Shown one piece after another: positions 33,525 to 44,716 of a DNA stretch of 53,750 nt. Position 1 is the stretch's first letter, and each line of letters begins with the position of its first letter. The position numbers and the translations under genes are program-made. This DNA is from Nemertoderma westbladi (lineage: Eukaryota > Animalia > Xenacoelomorpha): positions 1 through 53,750 of the forward strand of contig JAUCBJ010002582.1 in the NCBI GenBank assembly GCA_032718475.1. Direction: 5' to 3'. The notes under the pieces were generated by a model, which saw nothing but the letters and a program-made list of their open reading frames with translations, was not told the DNA's origin and did no database searches.

Positions 33525-33573
33525 CTACTTACTTACTGTGCACATTTTGCATTTTCGTTTACGTTTAGCGGCC
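33525..33573 (-). pseudogene. 3' remnant of a fifth Rab35-like copy (E)
   Basis: Minus strand encodes AAKRKRKCKMCTVSK*. TTTCGTTTACGTTTAGCGGCC is identical to copy A (3779-3799). The adjacent 33340-33520 resembles the Rab 3' flank (TGTTTGGTG, AAATGACCTGATATA, ATTGTCAG..GAAACCA). The rest of the CDS is absent. Confidence 0.75.
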
Positions 33574-34914
33574 TATGTAGGCCTATATTTCCCACACGTT
33601 AGTATTTTGCTGCTGTGTCGTTGCTAATTTAATTAATACTTAATTTAATTGTTAGGATCAATAATTTACTGAATCAATATTAATAATTAATTAATGGTCT
33701 AAATTTAACTTTATTTAATTATTTTCATAATATAATAGGCCTAACTACTGTATTAATAATAGAGGCCTAACTACTGTATTAATAATAGGGTATGTGTGCA
33801 AAAAATGGTGGCTAGAAACTAGTTAGTTACAAGGTGCCCTGAATCGGGTGTCGGGTATGTTTTTTGTAAAAAAAACTCAAGGAAACGGTCGAAATGGCGG
33901 GTTTAAGTAAGCCAATTTTGAAAATCGGCCGTGATGATTGGCTGCTACAGATATCGCGCACTAACCCTATTCTAATCGGTGGTATCGTGAAAATGTTTAA
34001 TAATAATTATGAATAATCGAAATTCAATGTAATCGATTTCAATTTGTTTAGTGGTAAGAGAGTGTTCAATCTTGAATGATTCAAAACGTAAATAAGAATG
34101 ATATTATGATCAATATAAATGACGACCTGATACAGTATAAGACTACACCATCTCCCTTAATACAACAACCATGTTCGGAGCCCCCCCCCCCCCCCCCCCA
34201 CCCCCGCCCCCTAATTTGTTTCAAATTTAAATAAAATGCTAGGAAATTTGGTATGATGATAGATCGACACCTTTTCTTACTGGTGGCCTGGGCGGATTTT
34301 TATATTTCTCAGTTACGTACTGTATTTCTATACAACAAGTCCTTAAAAATGTATATTTAGCAATGTTTAACCACCTCCGTAGACTTTATTTTACGTCTTT
34401 GAAATGTAATCTAGATATCATTAGAACCGCTTTCGTCTGTAGATTCCGAATCGGAAAACCGTTTTAAATTTAACCAAAAATTGGCAATGATATTATCAAA
34501 ATACCCATCCAATAGTGCAGTCTGAGTGTCTTAGAATCAAGATTACCAAAATAAAGGTCTATAACTAACAGTTGAATGCGCCAATTTTAGATAATAATTC
34601 ATAATGATTTTCAGCAAAAAAACAGCCCTTCATACCAACTTTACGTTATTCGGTATTGGATTAGTTGGATTAGTAAACTAAATATAATTGTTTTTTGTGG
34701 AAATTATATAAATACATTATCTTTTGAAAATATATGAGGTGTGGTTGGCGTTGGTGTGGTCGAAATTTGTTTAACATAAAGTTAAGTCAATCTAGACAAG
34801 ATGTTTCAATTTGAAATATAAAATTATTGTAAAATATTAACCAGCTCCAATAATCGCTTATTAACCAATAACATATAACCAATATCATATAACCATATAC
34901 AGTAAACCAGTGAG

Positions 34915-35485
34915 TGACATATATACCGGTAACATAAATACCGGTAACATATATACCAGTAACATTTATATTAGTAACATATACATTAGTAACATATATA
35001 CCAGTAACATATATACCAGTAACATATATACCAGTAACATATATACCAGTAACATATATATTAGTAACATATACATTATTAACATATATACCCAGTAACA
35101 TATATACCAGTAACATATATATTAGTAACATATACATTATTAACATATATACCCAGTAACATATATACCAGTAACATATATATTAGTAACATATACATTA
35201 TTAACATATATACCCAGTAACATAAATACCGGTAACATATATATTAGTAACATATACATTATTAACATATATACCCAGTAACATATATACCAGTAACATA
35301 TATATTAGTAACATATACATTATTAACATATATACCCAGTAACATATATACCAGTAACATATATATTAGTAACATATACATTATTAACATATATACCCAG
35401 TAACATATATACCAGTAACATATATATTAGTAACATATACATTATTAACATATATACCCAGTAACATAAATACCGGTAACATATA
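34915..35485. repeat. AT-rich minisatellite of 15/16-bp TAACATATATACCAG-type monomers, organised into a 46-bp higher-order repeat
   Basis: Read directly; the triplet ...ACCAG / ...ATTAG / ...ACATTAT...CCCAG repeats from ~35030 to 35470. Confidence 0.92.
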
Positions 35486-36379
35486 TAAGTTGCTGTTATT
35501 ATAATTTTGTTTGTAACGGTAATCTTCTTCTCCCATGTAGAATACAATCTGCATAATAAATAATAATATTAATATATTAACTTGTATAAGTATATAATGT
35601 ACTTTATGGAATGGGTGCTAAATTTATTTAATTTATCATGAATGACATTCCATATTTTAGAAATCATATATTATTTGAAGTTTTTAGAAAACAAATATTC
35701 CAAAAGGTATAACCAAGGTGACTGATGGATATTGTACATTAGCTTCTTATATTATTGAGCGGTGTTTATGGAAATTAGGTTAGTGATGATGATTTGTGAC
35801 TAACGGGAAATTGTTATTAATAACTATACAAAAAATACTTTATTTTGTAAAAGATGTGGGTTTCTTTTAAATGTTCACTTTTTAATTAGTAGCTTAGCGT
35901 AATACTATCTAATAGCTATAGAATAGCTAATAACTTCTACATAGATTATTTATTGGATATAACTATTTACATACTTGTGTTTAAAGTACAGTAGCACTTT
36001 ACACAGTGTGATGATCCGAATGGCTTTGTTACACGAACGAACGTTAGTGAGTGAGTGAAAATAAAGCCACGAGGATCAGAACACTGTAAAGTACTTTGCA
36101 ACAAGTATGCATGTAGTTTTATTCCAAAATTTTAACATTACGAAATTATTGTACATATACATTATAGGTGATAGAAACTGCACAAATTATATTAGTTGCT
36201 GTATAAATAAATGTAAAAATGACTTAAATTATGTTATAAGTAAGTTGGCGTATATTTATGGTGGCGTTTGGAGCCATATTATAATATTATAGCTAGGCCC
36301 TACTGGTTATTAATAGCTATACCCCGCCTACCGGTAGGTAATGCAGTAGGCCTATCTGGCTGTCAGGCAAATTTCCACC

Positions 36380-36470
36380 TATTGTTTACGTGGTATCCAA
36401 TGACGGCGTTAAGTAATGTCCCCTTAGTGGACATTACTTAACGCCGTCATGGGTTACCACGTAAACAATA
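36380..36470. repeat. Near-perfect hairpin, 42-bp arms with a 7-nt loop
   Basis: TATTGTTTACGTGGTATCCAATGACGGCGTTAAGTAATGTCC / GGACATTACTTAACGCCGTCATGGGTTACCACGTAAACAATA, 2 mismatches. Confidence 0.9.
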
Positions 36471-37651
36471 TCACCAAATACAATGCTAAATGTACAGGCC
36501 AATACAATGCTGTAATGTCCTCTAAAGTTGTAAAGTGCTAAATAACAACTCGCTGTTAATACTAACGGCGTTGAGTAATGTTACAATTTTTGAAAAAAAT
36601 ATTTTTTCTTTTAATAATTAACTTTTATTCTTAAATTGATACTTTTTCGCTAGAATTTAGACCAGAATGTTGCTCTTTTTTCCCTAGGGAATAAAAGTAA
36701 CGCATGGGATTGCATTGATTTTACTTTTTTCTCGGCGAAAATAGTAAAATAAAAAGTTTTTGACGGTATATCTTAAATTTTATTAAATATGTTCAAAGAG
36801 CATTGACGTAGAAAAGGTTTGCACGTAATTTGTGCAAAAACCATGCATGCACTCAAAAGTTATGGAAATTTGGTGTCTGCGAGGCGTACTCCATAACGGA
36901 ACTCAATCCATTATTGATTTATATGTTGTTAAGCGGCTCTCTAGTTACATAACAAATATCAGGAGTTGAAGAGTGCAGTTATTTGAATTGCAGTAACTAT
37001 GGAAGCAATATTACACGCACCCCTTGAATTATTTAATTACACAATGGTGCATAGGTGCCTAATTGACACATCAAATTTGCGATAACTTTGTTACTTCTAT
37101 TGTAATTCAAAAGATAATATTTTAAGGAAAGATTAAGGGGCAGCTAGAATGGTACTCAATGTACCTTCAACTTCCAATAATTTGAATTTAATATATTCAT
37201 AAATTAATATTAGTATAATATTCCAAATGTGGGTTGATTTCGGTCAAAAATTCGTTTTTCTCCGCATTTTTGCGGGGAAAATGTGAATTTTTAAAAGAAA
37301 ACAACATCTTCTTCTGTACAAAAAGAAATCATTTTTTTGTCCACACTTTTTAATCCGCATTTCCTCGAAATCTCGAAAATGAGGATAAAAAAATTGGACA
37401 AAAAATTGTAGTTTCTTTTTGTAAAAAAACAGTTATGATTCCGATTTTTGGAAGATTGATTGGATAATTATTACTTTATTGTCTGCAAATGCATGCGAAC
37501 ATTAAATTATTGTCCGCACTTTTGTGGACAATAAAGAATAGGAAAAAAGAAAAATTCAAACTTTTTATTTAAAAAGTTATAATTAAATGTAACAGTTCGT
37601 TCCCCAAAATACATCATACAAATTATTTACATCGATCTAAAACTTACAGTT

Positions 37652-39910
37652 TCATTCAATCCAAATCTTCATTTCAACGCGAGAAACCGGATTGTTTCCA
37701 GTAAACGTCTTCCAACTAGGTCCTTTATTTTCCAGACTACCATAGATTCCATTCAGGTTGGTACGGTGACACTTATTGTACCACCACCCTCCTTTATATT
37801 CTACAGCGCAGTTGCGCTTTGATTTGCCATCATGATCGCGGTCCTTGGTAGAGAACGGGTGACCATTGTGATAAACCAAATCGTCACCGGCAGTGCCCTG
37901 ATAACCGGTTACATGTAGGCGGTAATTAGTTGATTCTGATCCGAGATAGAAGTTGTTGTATTCCGCATATTTGTGTTTATTATTATACCACAGATCGATT
38001 CTTAACTTCACTCCATCTTTACTGACCTTGTAGATGGTCTCCAACCCCAACCAAAAGTTTGTATTCGGGTCACCAAACCTGTGCATATAGATGTTCCAGT
38101 TACGATAGAAATCAACAGATCCATCAAGCCTTTGCTGAATCTTTACCCACTGACTTGGTATTAGCAACATTTTACTAGGCGGTGGGTTGGGTATTAGATT
38201 GTTGTAAATGCGGAAGTTATTTAGCACTCCAGTTAGATTCGCAATTATGTTGTCGTGATTGGACATTGCTTCTTTAAACTCCGTATCCTGGTCTTTCAAC
38301 TCTGTAAGCTGCTCTTTCAATAATGTATCCTGTTCTCTCAACACTGTAACATTTTTTTTGATCTCTGTATCCTGTTCTTTCAACAATGAGTTCTGCTCGT
38401 CCAACTCTATAACCTGACCTTTCATCTCTGCATCCTGTTCTTTCAACAATGAATTCTGTTCTTTCAATAATGAGTTCTGCTCGTCCAACTCTATAACCTG
38501 ACCTTTTATCTCTGCATCCTGTTCTTTCAACAATGTATTCTGTTCTTTCAACGCTGTCACATGTTCTTTGATCTGTGTATCATGTTCTTTCAACAATGTA
38601 TTCTGTTCTTTCAACTCTGTATCCTGTTCTTTCAACAATAAGTTCTGCTCGTCCAACTCTATAACCTGACCTTTTATCTCTGCATCCTGTTCTTTCAACA
38701 ATGTATTCTGTTCTTTCAACGCTGTCACATGTTCTTTGATCTGTGTATCATGTTCTTTCAACAATGTATTCTGTTCTTTCAACTCTGTATCCTGTTCTTT
38801 CAACAATGTATTCTGTTCTTTCAACTCTGTAACCTGTTCTTTCAACAATGTATTCTGTTCTTTCAACTCTGCATCCTGTTCTTTCAACAATGTATTATGT
38901 TCTTTCAACACTGTATCCTGTTCTTTCAACACTGTATCCTGTTCTTTCAACACTGTATTCTGTTCTTTCAATTCTGTAAGCTGCTCTTTCAATAATGTAT
39001 CCTGTTCTCTCAACACTGTATTATGTTTTTGCAACACTGTAACATGTTTTTTTATCTCTATATCCTGTTCTTTCAAAAATGTTTTCTGTTCGTTCAACTC
39101 TGTTAACTGCTCCTTTAACAATTTAACCTGTTTTTTCAACAATGTATCCTGTTCTTTCAACAATAAGTTCTGCTCCTCCAACTCTATAACCTGACCTTTT
39201 ATCTCTCTATCCTGTTCTTTCAACAATGAATTCTGTTCTTTCAATAATGAGTTCTGCTCCTCCAACTCTATAACCTGACCTTTTATCTCTCTATCCTGTT
39301 CTTTCAACAATGAATTCTGTTCTTTCAATAATGAGTTCTGCTCGTCCAACTCTATAACCTGACCTTTTATCTCTGCATCCTGTTCTTTCAACAATGAATT
39401 CTGTTCTTTCAATAATGAGTTCTGCTCGTCCAACTCTATAACCTGACCTTTTATCTCTGCATCCTGTTCTTTCAACAATGAATTCTGTTCTTTCAATAAT
39501 GAGTTCTGCTCGTCCAACTCTATAACCTGATCATTTATCTCTGCATCCTGTTCTTTCAACAATGTATTCTGTTCTTTCAACTCTGTCACATGTTCTTTGA
39601 TCTGTGTATCATGTTCTTTCAACAATGTATTCTGTTCTTTCAACTCTGTCACATGTTCTTTGATCTCTGTATCCTGTTCTTTCAACAATATATTATGTTG
39701 TTTAACCTGTCCTTTAATCTCTGCAAGCCTCTCTATAACATGTTCTTTCAACAACATATTATGTTTTTTCAACATTGTAACGTCGAAATCATGTATGTTG
39801 CGTATTGTATCAGTATCAGTTAACTTTGCAATTTTACTGTCTTGATAAAATGGAGAGTCCTTGAAGTCTGTAAAATGTTTTCTAAATTCCTTTTCTTGGT
39901 CATTAATATC
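37652..39910 (-). CDS. Terminal exon of a fibrinogen-related protein (FReP; angiopoietin/ficolin-like architecture): long heptad coiled coil plus C-terminal fibrinogen domain
   Basis: FReD motifs IQQRLDGSVDFYRNW, FGDPNTNFWLGLE, YRLHVTGYQGTAGD, FSTKDRDHD, NCA...GGWWYNKCHRTNLNG. The frame stays open upstream of the listed ORF start (DINDQEKEF...) to a phase-0 acceptor ttgttttag|GAT at 39910. Confidence 0.92.
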   Translation of the reverse strand, partial: DINDQEKEFRKHFTDFKDSPFYQDSKIAKLTDTDTIRNIHDFDVTMLKKHNMLLKEHVIERLAEIKGQVKQHNILLKEQDTEIKEHVTELKEQNTLLKEHDTQIKEHVTELKEQNTLLKEQDAEINDQVIELDEQNSLLKEQNSLLKEQDAEIKGQVIELDEQNSLLKEQNSLLKEQDAEIKGQVIELDEQNSLLKEQNSLLKEQDREIKGQVIELEEQNSLLKEQNSLLKEQDREIKGQVIELEEQNLLLKEQDTLLKKQVKLLKEQLTELNEQKTFLKEQDIEIKKHVTVLQKHNTVLREQDTLLKEQLTELKEQNTVLKEQDTVLKEQDTVLKEHNTLLKEQDAELKEQNTLLKEQVTELKEQNTLLKEQDTELKEQNTLLKEHDTQIKEHVTALKEQNTLLKEQDAEIKGQVIELDEQNLLLKEQDTELKEQNTLLKEHDTQIKEHVTALKEQNTLLKEQDAEIKGQVIELDEQNSLLKEQNSLLKEQDAEMKGQVIELDEQNSLLKEQDTEIKKNVTVLREQDTLLKEQLTELKDQDTEFKEAMSNHDNIIANLTGVLNNFRIYNNLIPNPPPSKMLLIPSQWVKIQQRLDGSVDFYRNWNIYMHRFGDPNTNFWLGLETIYKVSKDGVKLRIDLWYNNKHKYAEYNNFYLGSESTNYRLHVTGYQGTAGDDLVYHNGHPFSTKDRDHDGKSKRNCAVEYKGGWWYNKCHRTNLNGIYGSLENKGPSWKTFTGNNPVSRVEMKIWIE

Positions 39911-40049
39911 CTAAAACAATAATTAATGTGTAATTAATTGCAGATTGTTTATTTATATATTTATATTATAATTGTAAATTTTTTTTTATCGGACCGTTCC
40001 TAACTCCAGTACAAATACAACATGCTGACAGTTTAGCGCCTATTGTGGT

Positions 40050-41113
40050 CTCACCTCACCGAAGTATTGCGATCATAGTCTTTGCTGGGCAACCTTGTGA
40101 GGGTCGATTGTGGGCTGACGATATCCTCACAAGGTTTTGAAGTCCTCCAGTAATAGTCGAGCCTGGTCCTACCTGTCGACCCCTCCCACTAAGGGTAGAG
40201 ATGAGTTGGTTCCTACCAGTCTGGGTGTTGGCCAGTCCGTTACTGCCAGTTCAGGTATCGGTTTTTCAGTTCTGACTAGTCTGGGTACCGGTTTGTCCGG
40301 TTTGCCAACCTGACAACATGTCAGGTTGGGTGTCAGCTTGTTGATCACTATCAGTCCATGTGCCAGTCAGATGGTAATTCCCAGTCCAGATGTCAGTTTG
40401 TCGGTTACTGCAACTCCGGATGTCGGTTTGTCAGTCCGGGTGTTGGTCAGATGATACCTACCAGGTCTGGGTCAGTTTGTTGGTCCCTACCGTACCCAGC
40501 ATTGGTGTCAGACAGTCAGTCAGTTCCACTTAGGGTCAGTTTAGGTAGGTCAATTCCTCCAGTCCCAGTTGGTGCTCCGTCTTGTTCCCGGGTACACTGG
40601 AGAAGTGTGCCCAGAGTGAGTTAACAACGACCAAATCCAATGGTAGATTACGATCTGATAGTTGCCTGGAGGTGTTCCCTCTCCTCTCTCTGAACTATCT
40701 TGGACTATCTGACCAGTTACCACCAGCTGTAGAATGAGTGGGATATTCTGGTCCTGATGAGGTGTTGGAAAACACGGCAGCTGCGTACAGGTCCCAAAGG
40801 CATCCAAGTCTAATTTGGCTGATATGTTTTTGTTTCACCATCACTGTATTCCACTCTCTTGCAACCCAAATAAACCTGTTGATCGCAAACTTTGGTTGGT
40901 TCAGAGAGAAGTTCTCTACTGCAGTCACGCCCTCCAGCCTCAACTCGTCAGACTACATCATCTGAATCGGTGCAGATGGAATCGGTACAGATTGAGGATG
41001 GTGACATAAAGGTGCCTATTCAGTTGGCCACCTCTAATACTGTAGTCAGGTGGCTTAGGGAAAAAATCACGACAAAGGTGAGGGAAGCACCATTTTTTCA
41101 CTATATATGTAAA
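40050..41113 (-). mobile_element. Inverted, degraded 5' part of an element related to the CRE copy starting at ~41760
   Basis: 41043-41113 is the reverse complement of 41756-41835 (TTTACATATATAGTGAAAAAATGGTGCTT.CCTCACCTTTGTCGTGAT...CCCTAAGCCACCTGACTA). The GC-richer body continues to ~40050 (boundary approximate). Confidence 0.5.
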
Positions 41114-41229
41114 TGATAAAGGATAATGTAAATATATGTAAATGATAAAGGATAATGTAAATATATGTAAATGATAAAGGATAATGTAAATATATGTAAA
41201 TGATAAAGGATAATGTAGAATGATAAAGG
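41105..41229. repeat. 29-bp tandem repeat, ~4 copies (ATATGTAAATGATAAAGGATAATGTAAAT)
   Basis: Read directly. Confidence 0.9.
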
Positions 41230-41759
41230 AGTTCTTACAGTACAATATTTATAGTGGAACCCATGGATGGCAAATCGAGTGCAATACATGTAAACCCTTT
41301 AACTATTTACAATTATTATAGCTGAGCTGTAAAATGGACGGAGACATATAAAAAAATGTATGTATTCTTTTCTATCATTGTCAACTCCCGTATATGGGGC
41401 TATGGTTACCTGTACCGGTACATTCCAAGTCGATTAACTAAAACAATTTAATAAGCTGTAAGGCCTCTCTCTGGTGTGAACAACAGAAATATATTTGATG
41501 ATATGTTGAGTACTGTATCCGAAACATCATCAAGTTCATCATATCTATCTGCGAAACAAACCTTTCTAAAACGTTTCAACATAACTAGTATAATAAGCTT
41601 ATAATAATACGCAGTGTCATGTATGTTTTCTGTGAATAAACAGAAATATTATGATCGTTAATTTACATTTTCTCACTCTTTCAATCCATCGATATCAATG
41701 TCATCCACTCTACTACAGCTTTGGATACCCTTCGAAATGGATTCTACGTAAAATTTTAC

Positions 41760-44715
41760 ATATATAGTGAAAAAATGGTGCTTTCCTCACCTTTGTCGTG
41801 ATATGGATATTTTTTAACCCTAAGCCACCTGACTATAAGGACACCATTGCACCAGTCACCTTACAAATTATAAAGGGGAAACACCCATGAGACCCACAGA
41901 TAGGAGAGACCCATCTCCAGAAGTACATCATTCCGCTAGACAGTGTTCACTTACTGTCACCCAAATGTTGATAGCTTTGTTTCCCTGTGGCAGTGCCAGA
42001 GGACCAGATGGGATGTAGCCCCAGATACTAAAGGACCTGGTCAGGTCAGTCCAACTAACAGTGAGGCAGCTGATCGCTTCTTACTTTTCTGTCACGCTTT
42101 GTTGATGTCACCATTGCTGGCGAAGTGCCACTTGTCATCCACCCTTTTTCTTTGGGGCGAACCTCTTTGCATTTAAGACGACAAGTGTAGGAATCAGGCT
42201 CATAGCAGTAGGAGTACCTCTTTGGCATTTATGCTCAAAGTTTGCCTGTTTATTAGTGGTGGATGACCCTACAAACTCCTATCTCTCTGTCCAGCTTGGT
42301 ATCGGGTGTAAGTTGTGTGTAGAGGCAGCACCGCATGGTGTGAGGATGCCAGTGACAGTGGTTAATCAGCATGGAATGGTGTTGCTGAAAATAGATTTCA
42401 GCAATGGTTTTAATGCCATTCGAAGGGACACCATGCTCGAGTCTATCCATGAGCGCCATGCCTCGGTTTACAATTACACCCTCGCAGCATATGGGAATGC
42501 GACCTTTCTCCTCCATGGCAACCAAGTGCCTCCTCTCCAGTGAGGGAGTTAAGCAGAGTGATCCCAATGGCCGCCGCTCTTTGGTGATACGCTAAACCCC
42601 ATCATCCAGCCATTGACATCTTCTTTCAATGTTTGTTACTTGGCCGACGGGAACCTGGCAGACAACTTCCCCATTGTCTTGGATGACTTGAAGGAAATCA
42701 TCAGAGTAAGGGGAGATGTGGGCTGTCGATAAACCCCGGGAAGAGTGAGCTGTTCTTCCTGGGCCAGAGTCAGAAGAGTCTCGCTCTCAGATCCGTGAAA
42801 AGATTGTTTTTTGAAGTATTCCCAAACCAATAAGCGACATAATTAAGAGAGTAAAAACTGAGGATGAGATATTGGCTATAGCGTGAGTGATGGTAAGACA
42901 TGGTTACAAAGCCATTAAGAAAGGTGTGAACGCATACCGAGGCCCAAATCGAGTGTTAAACATTATGTATTGGCAGACCGAACAATGATGCAATAAAGTA
43001 CTGTAGGAATATAATACAGTAGGAACAATGCTTCTAGATATTTGTTACGGTATAAAGGGAACTATTATTACATAGAGGGAAATACCAGGGGTCACTCACG
43101 GCTTAGGAAGGGTAGCGAACAATGTGTGCATAACAGGTGAAGATGTTATCTGGATTATTAGAGATTAATCAGATGTTTGGTAGTGATTATTTTCAATATT
43201 GCGGTGTATATAATATTGTGTTTTGGGTTAAAGTACTTCATTCCTTAGGTGCATTCCTACATTAAATGTCACCTCTCTCTCTACTCTACCCTATTACTCA
43301 CCTTGCTTATTCAGTAGTATTTACAATGTGTTATTGGTATTACGCTACTTCGCACCGTACGTGCAATAGCTATTATTGGTGAGATATATTAGTTATTGCC
43401 TAGTAAATGCCATTATACTGCAAGTCAAACCGAACCCTCTCATTTTGTTACACTGATTCCGGGGTCTAACACAAATCCTCGGCAGGCTACTTGTGGACCG
43501 ACAGCAGATTCCCTGACCAAAACCGAAAGTCACGTGGGAAGGGAGGTAGGCATTCCACTAGAGAGCATCTAAGGGATCGTATTTTGTGAGATAGTCTTTC
43601 GACTATCTCACACACCCGACGAAAGATATCCCTCTAGTGACCTTTACTGGAGGAGTTCCCTTACAGATGGCCACCATCTGTTTTGGCTTTCAGTGCCTGC
43701 TGCTGGACCAGTTGATGATACTGGGTGCCCTTATTGGAAACACAGCCATCAAATCGTTTTTTGACTGACAAAAAAGGTGGGGGGGGGCCTTTCCACCCTT
43801 GATGCCCACCATGGATTTTTTCTTCTGAAGAACTTATTTGCGATTCCATGCCTGATGTACTTTCTCTGGACAGTTTCCATGCTTTCAATTCCCAGACCCA
43901 CTAATGGCCTATGACTGGATTCTCCGTAGTGCAGTCAAGATATTTCCAGCTGTTAATATAGACGACCCTGCATGGTCCCTGGTATGCCTCTGCGCATGGG
44001 TGGGCGGTCTTGGATTGAGCTCAGCAGTGCAGCAGCTCGCACCCTCTGCCCTCTTGGCTTCTGGGGCTGCCTAGATTGCTCCATCGATTCGCTTGTTCCC
44101 TTTAGCGGCAGCCATAAGCCTTTAGCGCTCACTCTCTGTAATGCCATGCTACCTCACAGTTCACCACCACCTACAACGACCATTCAGAGGGCGTGGATGT
44201 CCCCTGTACATGATGCAAATGATTGCCTCTTCAGCTTGCTGCCCCACCGAATGGCCTTAGCTGATGGCGCAATGTGTTGCCCTGCTCCTCCTTGGCACTG
44301 AAACTCGACAATACACAGTTCCGAATCACCATTGCTACGATACTGGGGTGTAAAGTCGTCAAACCCCCCACCTCCCGTTGTGGCACTCCCGACGCTACTG
44401 ATGGCCTCCACGGACTCTGCTGCCAGTTGTGCGCTGACTGGACATCTGCCACGCTATTATGGTAAATTATATCATTAGCGGGCCCTGGTTAGTTGTGGGG
44501 TGCCTTCTATCCCCGAACCCCCTGTTTATGTCTTAGCGATGGGAGGAGAGTTGATTCAGTGACCATGACTCAATGGTCCCAGGGAAGAACCCTAGCATGG
44601 ACACCACAATGGTACATCCACTGGTCCCCAGCCAAGTTCAATAGACCATCAATGCTAGTGGACGAATGGTAGAGGGGGCAGAGCGCGTTAAAAACACAAA
44701 GTACTGCGACGGGTA
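41760..44715 (+). mobile_element. Degraded CRE-clade non-LTR retrotransposon (RT, CCHC finger, RLE), with an unrelated AT-richer insert at ~42795-43470
   Basis: FFGANLFAFK..GIRLIAVG, QLGIG...EAAPHGVR, LLKIDFSNGFNAIRRDTML, EGVKQSDP, CYLADG (decayed YLDD), PLRMGG, LPCSSLALKLDNTQFRI, CG...GLHGLCC, DGRRVDSVTMTQWSQGRTLAW, AERVKNTKY. Confidence 0.85.
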
Positions 44716-44716
44716 T

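Noticed and set aside
34787-35547. ORFs with YVTGI / MLLIY repeats
   Set aside because: Translations of the 15-bp AT-rich minisatellite.
35470-35550. Possible exon (ttatgcag acceptor on the minus strand, IVFYMGEEDYRYKQ...)
   Set aside because: Runs into the AT minisatellite; no recognisable domain or partner exon.
41410-41583. Short minus-strand ORF MLKRFRKVCF... as an alternative FReP first exon
   Set aside because: It hits a stop before any donor and has no signal peptide; the 51.3-kb exon fits better.
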